This document shows positions 52,797-63,916 of a stretch of 64,000 bases of DNA, piece after piece (positions within the stretch are counted from its first letter, which is position 1; each line of letters opens with the position of its first letter). The position numbers and the translations under genes were made by a program. Origin of the DNA: Octopus sinensis (lineage: Eukaryota). The notes under the pieces are model-generated. The model saw nothing but the letters and a program-made list of their open reading frames with translations. It did no database searches and was not told where the DNA came from. The stretch is from contig NC_042999.1 of NCBI RefSeq assembly GCF_006345805.1, positions 173,848,001-173,912,000 on the forward strand, read 5' to 3'.

Positions 52797-52941
52797 TATT
52801 ATTATTATCATTATTATTATTATTATTATCATTATTATTATTATTATCATTATCATTATTATTATTATCATTATTATTATTATTATCATTATCATTATTA
52901 TTATTATTATCATTATCATTATTATTATCATTATCATTATT

Positions 52942-53001
<60 letters not shown>
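52620..53001. repeat. (CAT)n to (ATT)n microsatellite, 3' flank of R4/Dong copy 1
   Basis: Directly visible. Confidence 0.95.
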
Positions 53002-53004
<3 letters not shown>

Positions 53005-55497
53005 TAGTTTTATTTTTATTTTTATAGCGTGCTTTCACTTCACTACCGAGCGCAGCTCTGTGTGCCTTGGGTATGTGCTGTGATTTGTTGTGATGCTCTG
53101 ATGGTTATTGTATGGAAAGTGTTCTGCGTAGGATGTGTGCAGTGCCTAGTAGTGCAATTTTCTGTATGTTATATGTGTTTGTAAGTCCTGGTGTTTTTGT
53201 TATGTATTGTCTGAATATTTTTTTATCATGCCTAATGCACCTACTATGATAGGAATTGTTTCTGTTTTCAGATTCCACATTCTAGTTACCTCTATTTCCA
53301 GGTCTTGTATTTTGAGAGTTCCTCCATTTCTTTTAGAGACACGTTGTCATCTGCCGGTATTGATACATCAATTAGAAAGCATTTTTTTTCTTCATGATCT
53401 CTGACAACTATATCTGGTCTGTTGACCTTAATCTCTATCTGTATGTATCGGCATATCCCAGAGTATGGTTGCTTTCTCGTTTTCTGTGACCTTTTCTGGT
53501 GTGTGCCTATACCATCTTTTTCTGTTGTTATTCCATAATGTTGGCATAGCTTCCAATGTATGTATGTTCCAAATCTGTCATGTCTGTGAATATATTCCTT
53601 CTTAGCCAGGACTGGGCAGCTAGAGATATATGATTTATTGTTTCTTGTCCATCTCCACATACTCTGCAGTTACTTGTAATATTTCTTTTCATTACATGTT
53701 TTTGGTAATTTCTGGTGGGGAGGCTTTGGTCTTGTGCTGCAATTAAAAATCCCTCTGTTTCTGCTTTGAGTCCTGAGCTTCTCAACCATTGCTGGGATTT
53801 TTCTTTGTCTATTTCTTTTGCGTTTAGTTTAGTCCAGTATTTACCATGAAGGGGCTTTTCTTGCCATCGTTTATCATGGTTCGTTGCTGTTCTATTTTTA
53901 GTTTGGATTTCATTTGTTTTATAGCTTTTGTTGTTTCTTCCTTCATCTTCTCTTCTTCTTCTTCGCGTTTATTAGGTGGTATGATTTCTTGTTTGTATTT
54001 GTCAGCTTCCTTAAATACTGAGAACAGTTTTTTGTTTTGCTCGTGTTTTTGCTGCTATCTGGATCAGTTTTCCTTCCTTCTGAAGTAGGTATTTTTGCAG
54101 TCCTATGGTGGTTTTTTTATAGTAGTTTTCCAGCTGTATAAGGCCTCTACCACCTTCTATACGTTGTATATATAGTCTTTCTATATCAGATTTTGGGTGA
54201 TGCATCCTAGATCCTGTCAGTATTTTTCTTGTTTTCCTATCTATTTTGGACAGTCCATTTCGTGTCCAGTTAAGGATATTGTAGCTGTAACTTATAACTG
54301 GGACAGCTAAGTGTTGATACCTATTATCTTGTTTTTAGCATTGAGCTCTGTTTTTAGTATTGATCTAACTCGTCTATAATATTCTTTTTTTATTTTCTTC
54401 TTCATTTGTGTGTTGTGTCTTATCTAGTTCATGGATTCCTAAGTATTTGTAAGTTTGGCTTTGGTCTAATTCTTTTATTTCATTGGTTTTATCTAGTGTG
54501 ATGTTGTTACTCTTAACTAGTTTTCCTCTTTTCATGGTTACTTTAGCGCATTTTTCTAATCCAAATTTCATATCTATTTCTTTGGTAAATCCATGAACTG
54601 TCTTTAATAGTGTTTCCAGCTGTTTGTCATTTGCAGCGTATAGTTTTAGGTCATCCATATATAAAAGGTGGCTGATCGTTTTGCCGTAACATTTATATCC
54701 GCATCCAGTTCTATTTAGCATATCAGATAGAGGTGACAGTGCCAAGCAGAAAAGGAGTGGAGAGAGCGTGACTCCCTGGAATATTCCTCTTCTAATGGGG
54801 ATGTCTTTGGTTTTCATGAGTCCCTCTTTTGTTTGGAGGTGTAGGACTGTTTGCCATTTATTCATAGAGTGCTCTATGAATTCTATGATTGTTGGTGCTA
54901 CTTTGTTAGTGGCTAGTGTTTCGAGGATCCATGTGTGGGGGATGCTATCAAACGCCTTTTTGTAGTCAATCCAGGCCATACTGAGGCCTTTCTTCTTTCT
55001 GTGGCTGTCTTCAGTTACGGCTTTATTAATCATTAGTTGATCTTTACAGCCATATGAGCCTTTGCGGCATCCTTTCTGCTCTTCTGGGAACAGTTTGTTT
55101 TCGTCCAGGTGCTTGTTCAGTCTTTGCGATATCACTGAAGTAAATGCCTTGAACATAGTAGGGAGGCAGGTTATTGGTCTGTAGTTTTCTGGTTTTGCTG
55201 TTTCATTTGATTTGGGAATTAAGATGGTTTTCCCCTTCGTGAGCCATTCAGGCAATGTCTCTGGCTCTGCTAGTATGCTGTTAAAGTTTTCAGCCAGCTT
55301 TTTGTGCATTCCTGTTAGATATTTCAACCAGAAGTTGGGGATCTTGTCATGCCCAGGTGCCTTCCAGTTGCTTAGTTTTTGCAGTGCCTGGGTGACCTCT
55401 TCAGTTGTTATGGGGGTCCATAGTTGTTCAGATGCCGAGTTTGTTATTTTGATACTCCTTTTTTTTGGCTGTTCGTTCGCCGACCATATTTCTCTCT
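53002..55497 (-). mobile_element. R4/Dong-type non-LTR retrotransposon copy 1 (5'-truncated, frameshifted)
   Basis: ORF 54374..55327 has RT motifs YRPITCLPT, EQKGC, WIDYKKAFDS, GIFQGVTLSP, YMDDLKLY and YKYLG. Downstream frames give MHHPKSDIERLY, AAQDQSLPTRNY, CRVC..ETINH, RHD-like HRHDR, RPDIVV..LIDVS and LLGTAHILRRTLSIQ* (stop 53105-07). (TAA)n on both flanks. Confidence 0.95.
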
Positions 55498-55542
55498 TAT
55501 TATTATTATTATTACTATTATTATTGTTATTATTATTATTAT

Positions 55543-56672
55543 GTTTTTTCCTTCTTTCTTCAAATTTTCTTCCGTTTCTCGCCGAGTGTTTTCCATAGAC
55601 CTAGGGCAGAGGAGGACATTGTATGTATTCCTAGATTACACGCGCAAATTCACAGATAAAATATGTATTTAAAAATTAATAAATAAATAAATTCATGGAT
55701 GGATGTTATTTTCACAGTGATAGTGCTCTTCTCAGTACATGAGCCGTTCCAGTTAATACGATTTTTTGCACTTCCTGTAGGAATGGTAAGCCTGGAATCA
55801 TTTTCAAATAGGTTTCAGTACCTTTTTTTATCATTCCTAGAGATCCTACAATCACTGGTACTGTAGTCGCCTTGAGATGCCACCTTTTTCAATTTCCATT
55901 AGCAGGTCGTTATATTTACTAATCTTGTCAAATTCTTTCGCCGCTATATTGTGAGCACAGAGAATACTCATGTCAATTAATAAACACATCCTTTTTATCT
56001 GATCTTTTATAATGATATCCGGTTTATTGGCTTTTATAGTCCTGTCGGTCTGCACGGGGAAGTCCCATAGAATCGACACATTTTCTCCCTCAGTCACAGC
56101 TTCAGGATGATGTTTATACCATTTGTCAGTGGTTTTGATTTTATAATGCCGACATATTGTCCAGTGTAAATACTGGCCGAGTCTGTCATGTCTTGCTTTA
56201 TATTCTGCAGGTGCTAAGACTCTACACCCTGAGATTAGGTGGTCTATTGTTTCAATCTCATAGTTACAGAATCGGCATTTTGGGTCAGCTCCATTTTTCA
56301 TCACATTGGCTTGGTAGTTCCGGGTAAATAAGCTTTGGTCTTGAGCAGCTAATATGAAACCTTCACTCTCTGCTTTTAGCCCTGAACTTCGTAACCATTG
56401 GTGCGTGTGTTTCTGGTCGACATCAGCTTGTTTGCTACGGGCCACATACTTGCCATGGAGAGGTTTGTGTTCCCATCTGCTAGCTAAATTTTCACGTGCT
56501 TTTGTCTTTGCAATTAATTTTATTTTCTTTGCAGCAGCAGTTGGCGCATTTCCTTCAGCCTGCTCAATCTGGTGGGTATCTAAGAGATCAGCAGCGAATT
56601 TTTTGCTCTCTTTGAGATTAGTGAAGTTTTTTTGGTCTTTCATGTTTTTCAACAAGTTTTAGCATCCAATCG
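55543..56672 (-). mobile_element. R4/Dong-type copy 2 (RLE domain and 3' UTR only)
   Basis: ORF 55852..56655: KPLHGKY..AAQDQSLFTRNY..CRFCNYEIETIDHLISGC..RHDR..KPDIIIKD..LIDMS..KEFDKISKY. A 1-nt deletion lies near 55880; the frame ends LTGTAHVLRRALSL* at 55712-14. The 3' terminus matches copy 3. (TAA)n on both flanks. Confidence 0.95.
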
Positions 56673-56792
56673 TTATTATTATTATATTATTATTATTATT
56701 ATATTATTATTATTATATTATTATTATTATTGTTGTTGTTGTTGCTGTTGTTGTTGTTGTTGTTATTTTTGTTGTTGTTGTTGTTGTTATCA

Positions 56793-57137
56793 TTATAACC
56801 TACGCTTTAGCGAAGGCAGAGGTATTTTCTTTCAGTCGTGTTTGTTTGTTAGTTCGTGGACAAGATATCTCAAGAACAGCTGGATGGATTCAGATGAAAC
56901 TTTCGGGGATGATTGCCTTGTGACTGGCACGAACTGAATAGATTTTGAGATCGATCCGGTACCGGACAAGGATTCTGGATTATTTTTCCTGCGTTTTTAC
57001 TTAATTTTTTAGTGTGGTCGGGTTTATCTTTAGTATTCTCGTTTGTGAGAGCAGTCGAGTTTATTTCAGATATTCTCCTTTCAAAAAAATCATCTCTGGC
57101 TAATCGTTGAGAAGGAGTTGGTGTTGCTATGGCGAAG

Positions 57138-57208
<71 letters not shown>

Positions 57209-57226
57209 ACTCTGTGTGCTCTTGTT
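56793..57226 (+). mobile_element. Non-autonomous Helentron-type element (HINE/DINE-like)
   Basis: 5' sub-terminal CCTACGC-ttta-GCGAAGG hairpin (56799-816), gtttgtttgtt microsatellite seed, the typical core gatatctcaagaacagctggatggattcagatgaaactt, 3' subTIR GGCGAAGG (57131-38) and terminal tctgtgtgctcttgtt, set in T-rich flanks. A (CT)n expansion lies near the 3' end. Confidence 0.6.
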
Positions 57227-57562
57227 ATTATTATTACCATAGCTGGAGGTCTGTTTTTGGAACGCTTTAAGTTTATAACTAATTCACTTGTTTAAAAGGC
57301 TCTATACTGTATTTTGTTGTTTAAATCGTTTTACAAGCCAGCTGCCCTTCTGGGGTGGGGTGGAGCTGACGTTTGTTAACCAAAGCCCATTTTGGGGATG
57401 ATACAAACCTTTTTATTTCAAATTTCTTAGAAAATTCGTTTCAAAGAAAGTAAGCATTGAAGATGGCGACGAATGAAATGCGAGAGTGAGGAAGGAAGGG
57501 GGCACGGCAATTTGCATGAGAACTTTCCCGTCCTCCCCACCATGGTTGGCAGTAGACAGCAG

Positions 57563-57670
57563 GAAGAAGAAGAAGAAGAAGAGGAAGAAAAAGAAGAAGA
57601 AGAAGAAGAAGAAGAAGAAGAAGAAGAAGAAGAAGAAGAAGAAGAAGAAGAAGAAGAAGAAGAAGAAGAA
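57563..57670. repeat. (GAA)n microsatellite
   Basis: Directly visible; source of the poly-E, poly-K, poly-S and poly-L ORFs. Confidence 0.95.
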
Positions 57671-57699
57671 GACACAAGATGAAATGTTGTAAGAAAGCT

Positions 57700-58986
57700 A
57701 GAGAAAGGAAAAAGTAAAGTCTTCCTCACTACATGGAAATTGTAGTAGCAGGAAGAACAGCATTGACAAGAACTACGAAGAGTCTCACAAAAATGGAATA
57801 AGCGGCAGGAAAGAGACTTTTGCAAATGTCGCGGCAGCGAAGGAATTGGTTAACATCTCATTGGAGAACAAAATAGAAAAACTAAACTAAATGAATGGAA
57901 GTAGGGCACAATTGACACCTCCAAGCGACGTGCTTGATGCAACAGTCAAACGGACAGTTGTCTACAGGTGCATGAACACAACGACAAGAAAACTTGAAAA
58001 CGCTAAACGTGACCAGGCGGAAAAAGCCTTGAAAGACATATGACAGAATATCCACCACATTGCGAGAGCGAGGCACTACGGCAGAGTAGTGGTCCTTTTT
58101 AAGGCTGAGGGGCAGGAGATACACAGCACGGTAGCCATGTGTCGCACCGAGGAAATTGCCCTCTTCCCTATGTACATGGAAAAAGGGCGGTACGAATTAC
58201 GGTGCCAGGCGTCCCACCAGCCTTGGATTTATGGTGGTTTCTCGGCTGTATTTGTATGGACGGGGGAGAGAATCTCCTGAATGTTAAAATATCGAGGAGG
58301 GAGAATTGGATTGGAGCTACCTTGGAGGTTCTTCTCCACGTGAAGCTACAGCGGTTAGAGAAAATCCCAGCTCGAATAGAGTGGAACTGAGGGTAGACGA
58401 GGAGGGCAGAAGGCCGAGGTGGTACGAGTGTGGTTCAACGGGTCACTTACAGTTTTTCTGCCCACAAAACCAGAACAGAAATGCAGAAAGAAATCTCCAA
58501 ACGAAAGCAACACAACCCATGAGTCAACAAAAACAACAAGCAGAACAACAACAGAAAAGCAGGAGAATAGAAACAGAAATTGAACCGAAGGAGATAAAAC
58601 AGGTAGATGTTACAGTAAAGGTGAGAATGGGAGTAGCACCAGCAACAGTGGTGGAAGCTACAGTAGCAGGAGCATCAACAACTACTACAAGAGAACCAGA
58701 ACGAACAACACTAGAAGAAAACGTACAAGACACGGACTCCTCCACGCATCCAAGGAATGATGAGGGAGAATTGGATAGTTTGCCTACAATTTGAATTTTT
58801 CCTGAGGACCCGTTGCTTATGAGGGGTCCAAAGTGCGTGAGGTCTCTCTGGCAAAGCATACTGTTGATTTAATCTCTTTGTTAATCGTTGTATTTATTGG
58901 CTGTTTACACATTTAGCATCACTGTCTCTCGTCTGTGTATTATCCTATATGTTCTGTGCTCGGGTCTGGTGGTCAATAAAGAAAGA
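57700..58986 (+). mobile_element. L1/Tx1-like ORF1 (gag-like) pseudogene with no ORF2
   Basis: TFANVAAA motif, ..IALFPMYM-KRAVRITVPGVPP.., and LRVDEEGRRPR(W)YECGSTGHLQFFCP, a CCHC knuckle with the first Cys changed to Trp, followed by a Q/T-rich tail. One stop and two frameshifts. AATAAA at 58975 directly precedes the (ATT)n tract. Confidence 0.65.
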
Positions 58987-59011
58987 ATTATTATTATTAT
59001 TATTATTACTA

Positions 59012-62000
59012 TTTTTTTTTCTTCTTTCAAATTTTCTTCCATTTCTTGCCGAGTGTCTTCCCGACTCCTAGGGCAAAGAAACTCATAGTGTATATTGGTA
59101 GGCCATTAAACCAAACTCAGTAGTTCGTTCATATTTTTTTTTTTTTTTTTTTTTTAAAGTTAAATTAAAATACATGAGCAGCAACAGTTCTCACATCGAC
59201 AATGCTCTTCTCAATAGGTGTGATGTACCAGTTAAGACAATCTTTTGCACTTCTTGCAGAGATGGTAAGCCAGGGATCATTCTCATATAATTTTCGGTTC
59301 CCTTCTTGATCATTCCTAGTGCTCCTACGATCACTGGTATTGTAACCGCCTTGAGATGCCACATTTTCTCAATTTCAATGAGTAGGTCTTTATATTTTCT
59401 GAGCTTGTCAAACTCTTTCGCTGAGATATTATGATCACAGGGGATGCTCATGTCGATCAATAAGCAAACTTTATTGTTTTGGTCTTTCACAACAATATCT
59501 GGTTTATTGGCCTTGATGGTTCGGTCTGTATGTACTGGAAAGTCCCACAGAATGGTTACATTTTCTCCTTCAGTTACAGCCTCAGGGTGGTGATTATACC
59601 ACTTGTCGGCAGTTTTGATATTGTAATACCGACTTATTAGCCAGTGGAGATATTGGCCAACTCTGTCATGTCTTAATTTATACTCCACTGGTGCTAAGAC
59701 TTTACATCCAGAGATTAGGTGGTCCACTGTTTCAATCATGTCGTTGCAGAATCGGCATTTTGGGTCTGCTCCATTTTTCATCACATTGGCCTGGTAGTTC
59801 CGGGTTAATAGGCTTTGGTATTGAGCAGCCAGGATGAAACCTTCGCTCTCTGCTTTTAGCCCTGAGCTCCGCAGCCACTGATGGGTTTGCTTCTGGTCAA
59901 CATCAGCTTGTTTGCTGCGGGTCACATATTTGCCGTGCAGAGGTTTCTCCTCCCACCTATCAGCCAATTGCTCGTGCGCTTTTTTCATTGCCATCATTTT
60001 CACCTTCTTTGCAACAATAGTTGCCGTACTTCCCTCGGGTTGTTCAGTTTGGGTATCCTGCACGAGATCAATAGCAAATTTTTTGCTTTCCTTGATGATA
60101 GAATGAAGCTTCTTTCGTCTCTCGTGATTTTCCACGAGCTTTAGCATCCAGTCATTCGATATTTCGAGATATTTGGCCAGTCCAATTGTGGTTGTTTTGT
60201 AAGCTAGTTCAAATTGGATCAGGCCTCGACCTCCTTGGGCTCTGGGAAGGTAAAGGCGATCTACGTCTGCCTTTGCGTGGTGCATCCTATTACAACTCAG
60301 CAGCTTGCGTATTTTTCTATCTATATTCTTTACTTCACTCATATTCCAGTTCAACACATTGTAGCTATAAGTAACAACTGGAACTGCTAAGGAATTTATA
60401 GCTAACACCTTGTTACATGCATTTAGTTCAGATTTCAGGACTGCACGAACTCTCCTATAACATTCCTTCCTGATTTTCTCTTTCATGCTTGCATGCTGAA
60501 TACCAGAGCCTTCATTTATCCCTAAATATTTGTATGTTTGTTCTTGCTCAAGCTCTCTTATGACTGTGTCAACATTTAACACGACTGAATTTGTGGTCTT
60601 CACTTTCCCTTTCTGGAAAGTGGCCTTGGCACACTTCTCAAGTCCAAACTCCATGCCGATGTCATCGCTGAATGCTTTCACGGTGCGCAATAGGCCTTCA
60701 AGTTCATTATTGTCTTTACCATAAAGTTTTAAGTCATCCATATAAAATAGATGGCTTATTTTTTTATTGGCAATTTTATACCCATACCCTGTTCTGTTTA
60801 ATTCACTTGTAAGGGGTATTAGGGCTATGCAGAATATTAAAGGTGAAAGTGAGTCACCTTGAAAAATTCCACAGTTGATGTTTATAATTTCTGAGGCAAG
60901 TACTCCATTAGAGTGGTATAATTGGAGATTCGTATTCCACAACGACATATTGTGCTTCGGGAAGTTTGAAATCACAGGGGAAATTTTGAAGATGTCCAGC
61001 GATCTCAAGATCCATGGATGCGGTATACTGTCGAAGGCCTTTTTATAGTCAATCCATGCGGTGCTGAGATTTCTGCGCTTGTTGTGACAATTCTCAAGGA
61101 TCATACGATTGATTAGCAGTTGATCTTTGCATCCGTAAGAGCCTCGGCGGCACCCTTTTTGTTCAATGGGGAAAATATCGTTCTTCTCCGTGAATGCATA
61201 TGTTTTCTCCGCCAGGATAGATGTTAGGATTTTATACGTGGTGGATAGACAGGTTATAGGCCGATAGTTTTTTGGAAGGTTGGTTTCGTTATTCTTTGGG
61301 AGTAGGTAAGTAATGCCACTTGCTAACCATTCAGGTGTTTTCTTTGGGTCTCTCAAAATTCCATTGAGCAGCTGAACTAGCTTACCGTGTGCGCACGGGA
61401 GCGATGCGAGCCAGAAATTCGGCACCCTATCTTTACCGGGGGATTTCCAATTATGGGCCTTCGTGAGTGCCTTTCTTAGGTCTGCTATTGTGATGTCTTC
61501 CCATACTTGTTGTTGTAAATTTTGGTAGGATCCTTCTGTTTGTATAATCCAGTCTGCATTTATGTCGTACGTCTTCTTGTCACTCCAAATCCTTTTCCAA
61601 AAGTTTTGAACTTCTTCCATGGGAGGGGGATCTTAACGGTTACTTTCTCCTTCCCTATTTCTCTGTAGAATTTTTTGGCATTGGATGTGAACAGCTTATT
61701 TTGCTTGTAAAACTTGTTTCTCTTCTCAAATCTTCGTATTCTTTGGGCTTTTGCTTGGACTTTTTGTTTCAGCGTTTCTTTTATTGATATCAGTTCTTCT
61801 CTTGGTGAGGATCCAAATTTTCTCTTCATCTTTCTTCCTGTTCTGGATCTTACATCATTTCCACATATTAGTTCATTTAATATTGATATTTCCCCTCTCA
61901 TAAATTCAATCTCTTTTTCAATTTTACTTCTCCAGGTTTGATTTCTTGCCAGGTTTTGTTTTCTTTGTTTTTTTTTCGGGGGCATACAGCTGGTTTCAAT

Positions 62001-62850
62001 TGCCCTAGCAGAAGCGTAAATAATTTCATTTAACTCAGTAAAATCAGGTTTTAATTCTCGTATTATTTCATTTGTTACCTAGTTGCCAATTTGGATTTGT
62101 TTTTTATTTTGGTTTGTATCATTCTATCATTCATACTTGTATGTCTTACAACTTCAAGCGTATTCAGGATTTTCTGCCTCATTTCTGCCATAAACTCTCT
62201 GTGTTCTTCAGCAAATGCGAGATCTTCAGTTACTGTTGTTTTTTCGTTTTCCTGGCTATCTTTAACAGGTACAATAGAATTTCTTGTATCTTCAGGCCTT
62301 TGCGTACTTTGGTCAGATGGCAGTGTTTCAATTAAGCCTCGTGGCGGGCTATACTGTTCATCTGATTCTTCATTTCCTTTGTGTCTTATATTTATGTCAT
62401 TTTCCGTTGCGTGCTTGATCGCGCTTATTTCACTGTCTGTGAGTCTGTTATTTCTAAAGATATATCCTCCTCACATTTGCTAATTTGTTCTCGTCCAAAT
62501 AGGGCCTACTGTCTTGATTCCGTGTTCTCCATATACTGTAAGAGTTTGCGGTGTGTCTCTCTTGAGATGGCCTACCTAATGCATAGTAATAAGCGTATAT
62601 TACTTCTTTATACTCTTCTCGGGTCCATTTGTTCCGCTTACATTTTTCTTGGAGGGCTCGAGTTGGGGGATTTCCCGTTCAAGTGACCATCCATGTCCGT
62701 ATTCGGAGAAGAGTTTGTGCCAGTTGATGACTTTTCGATCCCAGGCTGGCTCTTCCCTGGGGGACGCGCTTCCAGATTAACCATAGGACAAGCGATTTGG
62801 TATACTGATTTAGTTTTCCTTTTAGTTTCCAAAAACATTTTGGTGCTACG
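59012..62850 (-). mobile_element. R4/Dong-type copy 3, near full length
   Basis: Continuous coding potential from about 62838 to 59191 across about four frameshifts (near 62650, 62455, 62070 and 61630). The N-terminal pieces are KWTREEYKEV, DENKLANVRR and TELNEIIYASA. The 3' terminus is shared with copy 2, and (TAA)n lies at 58987-59011. Confidence 0.95.
59191..61620 (-). CDS. Retrotransposon RT plus restriction-like endonuclease (809 aa open frame)
   Basis: YRPITCLSTTYK, EQKGC, WIDYKKAFDSIPH, GIFQGDSLSP, YMDDLKLY, YKYLG; CCHC CRFC-x7-H-x4-C, RHDRV and KPDIVV..LIDMS..KEFDKLRKY. The start is an internal Met after a frameshift. Confidence 0.95.
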   Translation of the reverse strand: MEEVQNFWKRIWSDKKTYDINADWIIQTEGSYQNLQQQVWEDITIADLRKALTKAHNWKSPGKDRVPNFWLASLPCAHGKLVQLLNGILRDPKKTPEWLASGITYLLPKNNETNLPKNYRPITCLSTTYKILTSILAEKTYAFTEKNDIFPIEQKGCRRGSYGCKDQLLINRMILENCHNKRRNLSTAWIDYKKAFDSIPHPWILRSLDIFKISPVISNFPKHNMSLWNTNLQLYHSNGVLASEIININCGIFQGDSLSPLIFCIALIPLTSELNRTGYGYKIANKKISHLFYMDDLKLYGKDNNELEGLLRTVKAFSDDIGMEFGLEKCAKATFQKGKVKTTNSVVLNVDTVIRELEQEQTYKYLGINEGSGIQHASMKEKIRKECYRRVRAVLKSELNACNKVLAINSLAVPVVTYSYNVLNWNMSEVKNIDRKIRKLLSCNRMHHAKADVDRLYLPRAQGGRGLIQFELAYKTTTIGLAKYLEISNDWMLKLVENHERRKKLHSIIKESKKFAIDLVQDTQTEQPEGSTATIVAKKVKMMAMKKAHEQLADRWEEKPLHGKYVTRSKQADVDQKQTHQWLRSSGLKAESEGFILAAQYQSLLTRNYQANVMKNGADPKCRFCNDMIETVDHLISGCKVLAPVEYKLRHDRVGQYLHWLISRYYNIKTADKWYNHHPEAVTEGENVTILWDFPVHTDRTIKANKPDIVVKDQNNKVCLLIDMSIPCDHNISAKEFDKLRKYKDLLIEIEKMWHLKAVTIPVIVGALGMIKKGTENYMRMIPGLPSLQEVQKIVLTGTSHLLRRALSM

Positions 62851-63726
62851 ATAATGTTATCATTTTTTTGCTTTGATTGGCTCGTGGGGAGACGGCCATC
62901 ATTGCCGTTACAATTATAATCGTACCATTATAGCAGCCGTAGTCGGCTTATTATTGTTATTATCATCACCATTACCATCACTATCATCATTATCACCACC
63001 ATTACCATCATCATTATCATCATCACCATCACCATCACCACCATCATCATCAATGATATTGTTTTATGTGTAGTCACAGCAGTATCTTATTATTGTTATT
63101 TTTGTTTTTTTATCATTATCACCATCACAGTAGTGTCTGCCTGACTCGTTGGCTGGCTTGGTGGTTGGCTAGCTGACTGTCTTTTTTTTTTTTTTTTTTT
63201 TTTTAGGTGCGGTCCTATCGGTCAAAAAAAGTTCAGATATTTACTACTATTAGGCTTAAGAAAAATTGAATAGAGAAGTTGTGTTCGACCAGAGAGAATC
63301 GTAGCATCAGCATTTTTTTTTTTTTTCCACGTTTCCCAAAAACATTTTGGTGCTATAAAAAGTGTTTGTATATTTCCTGTAAGATAATATTGTGGAGGTT
63401 GAAGTTGACTTTTCTAGAGATGTTTGTATGTCCAGTTAGAAGAACAGGTGTGTTTTTACAATAGAAAGTATATGTTTACATTTATATTTGAATATTCAGG
63501 GAGGAAGCAAAGAAAAGTCAGATTTTCATAGAAAGTTTTAGGGTTTTGTAAGTTTTGTAAGGAAAAAAAAAAAAAAAAAAAAAAAGGATGTTTACAGAGG
63601 CAATTGTGGGTATCAAAGTTTTTAAAGCTGGTCGAATGTATGATTGAAAACTGTAGATATGTAAATTTGTAAATTTTCTTAACTTATTTTGAAGGGCTGT
63701 TCTGTATTATTTGTGAATAGAGAAGC

Positions 63727-63727
<1 letters not shown>

Positions 63728-63804
<77 letters not shown>

Positions 63805-63831
63805 TATTATTATTTTTATTATTATTATTAC

Positions 63832-63915
<84 letters not shown>
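63728..63915. repeat. (ATT)n microsatellite
   Basis: Directly visible. Confidence 0.95.
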
Positions 63916-63916
63916 G

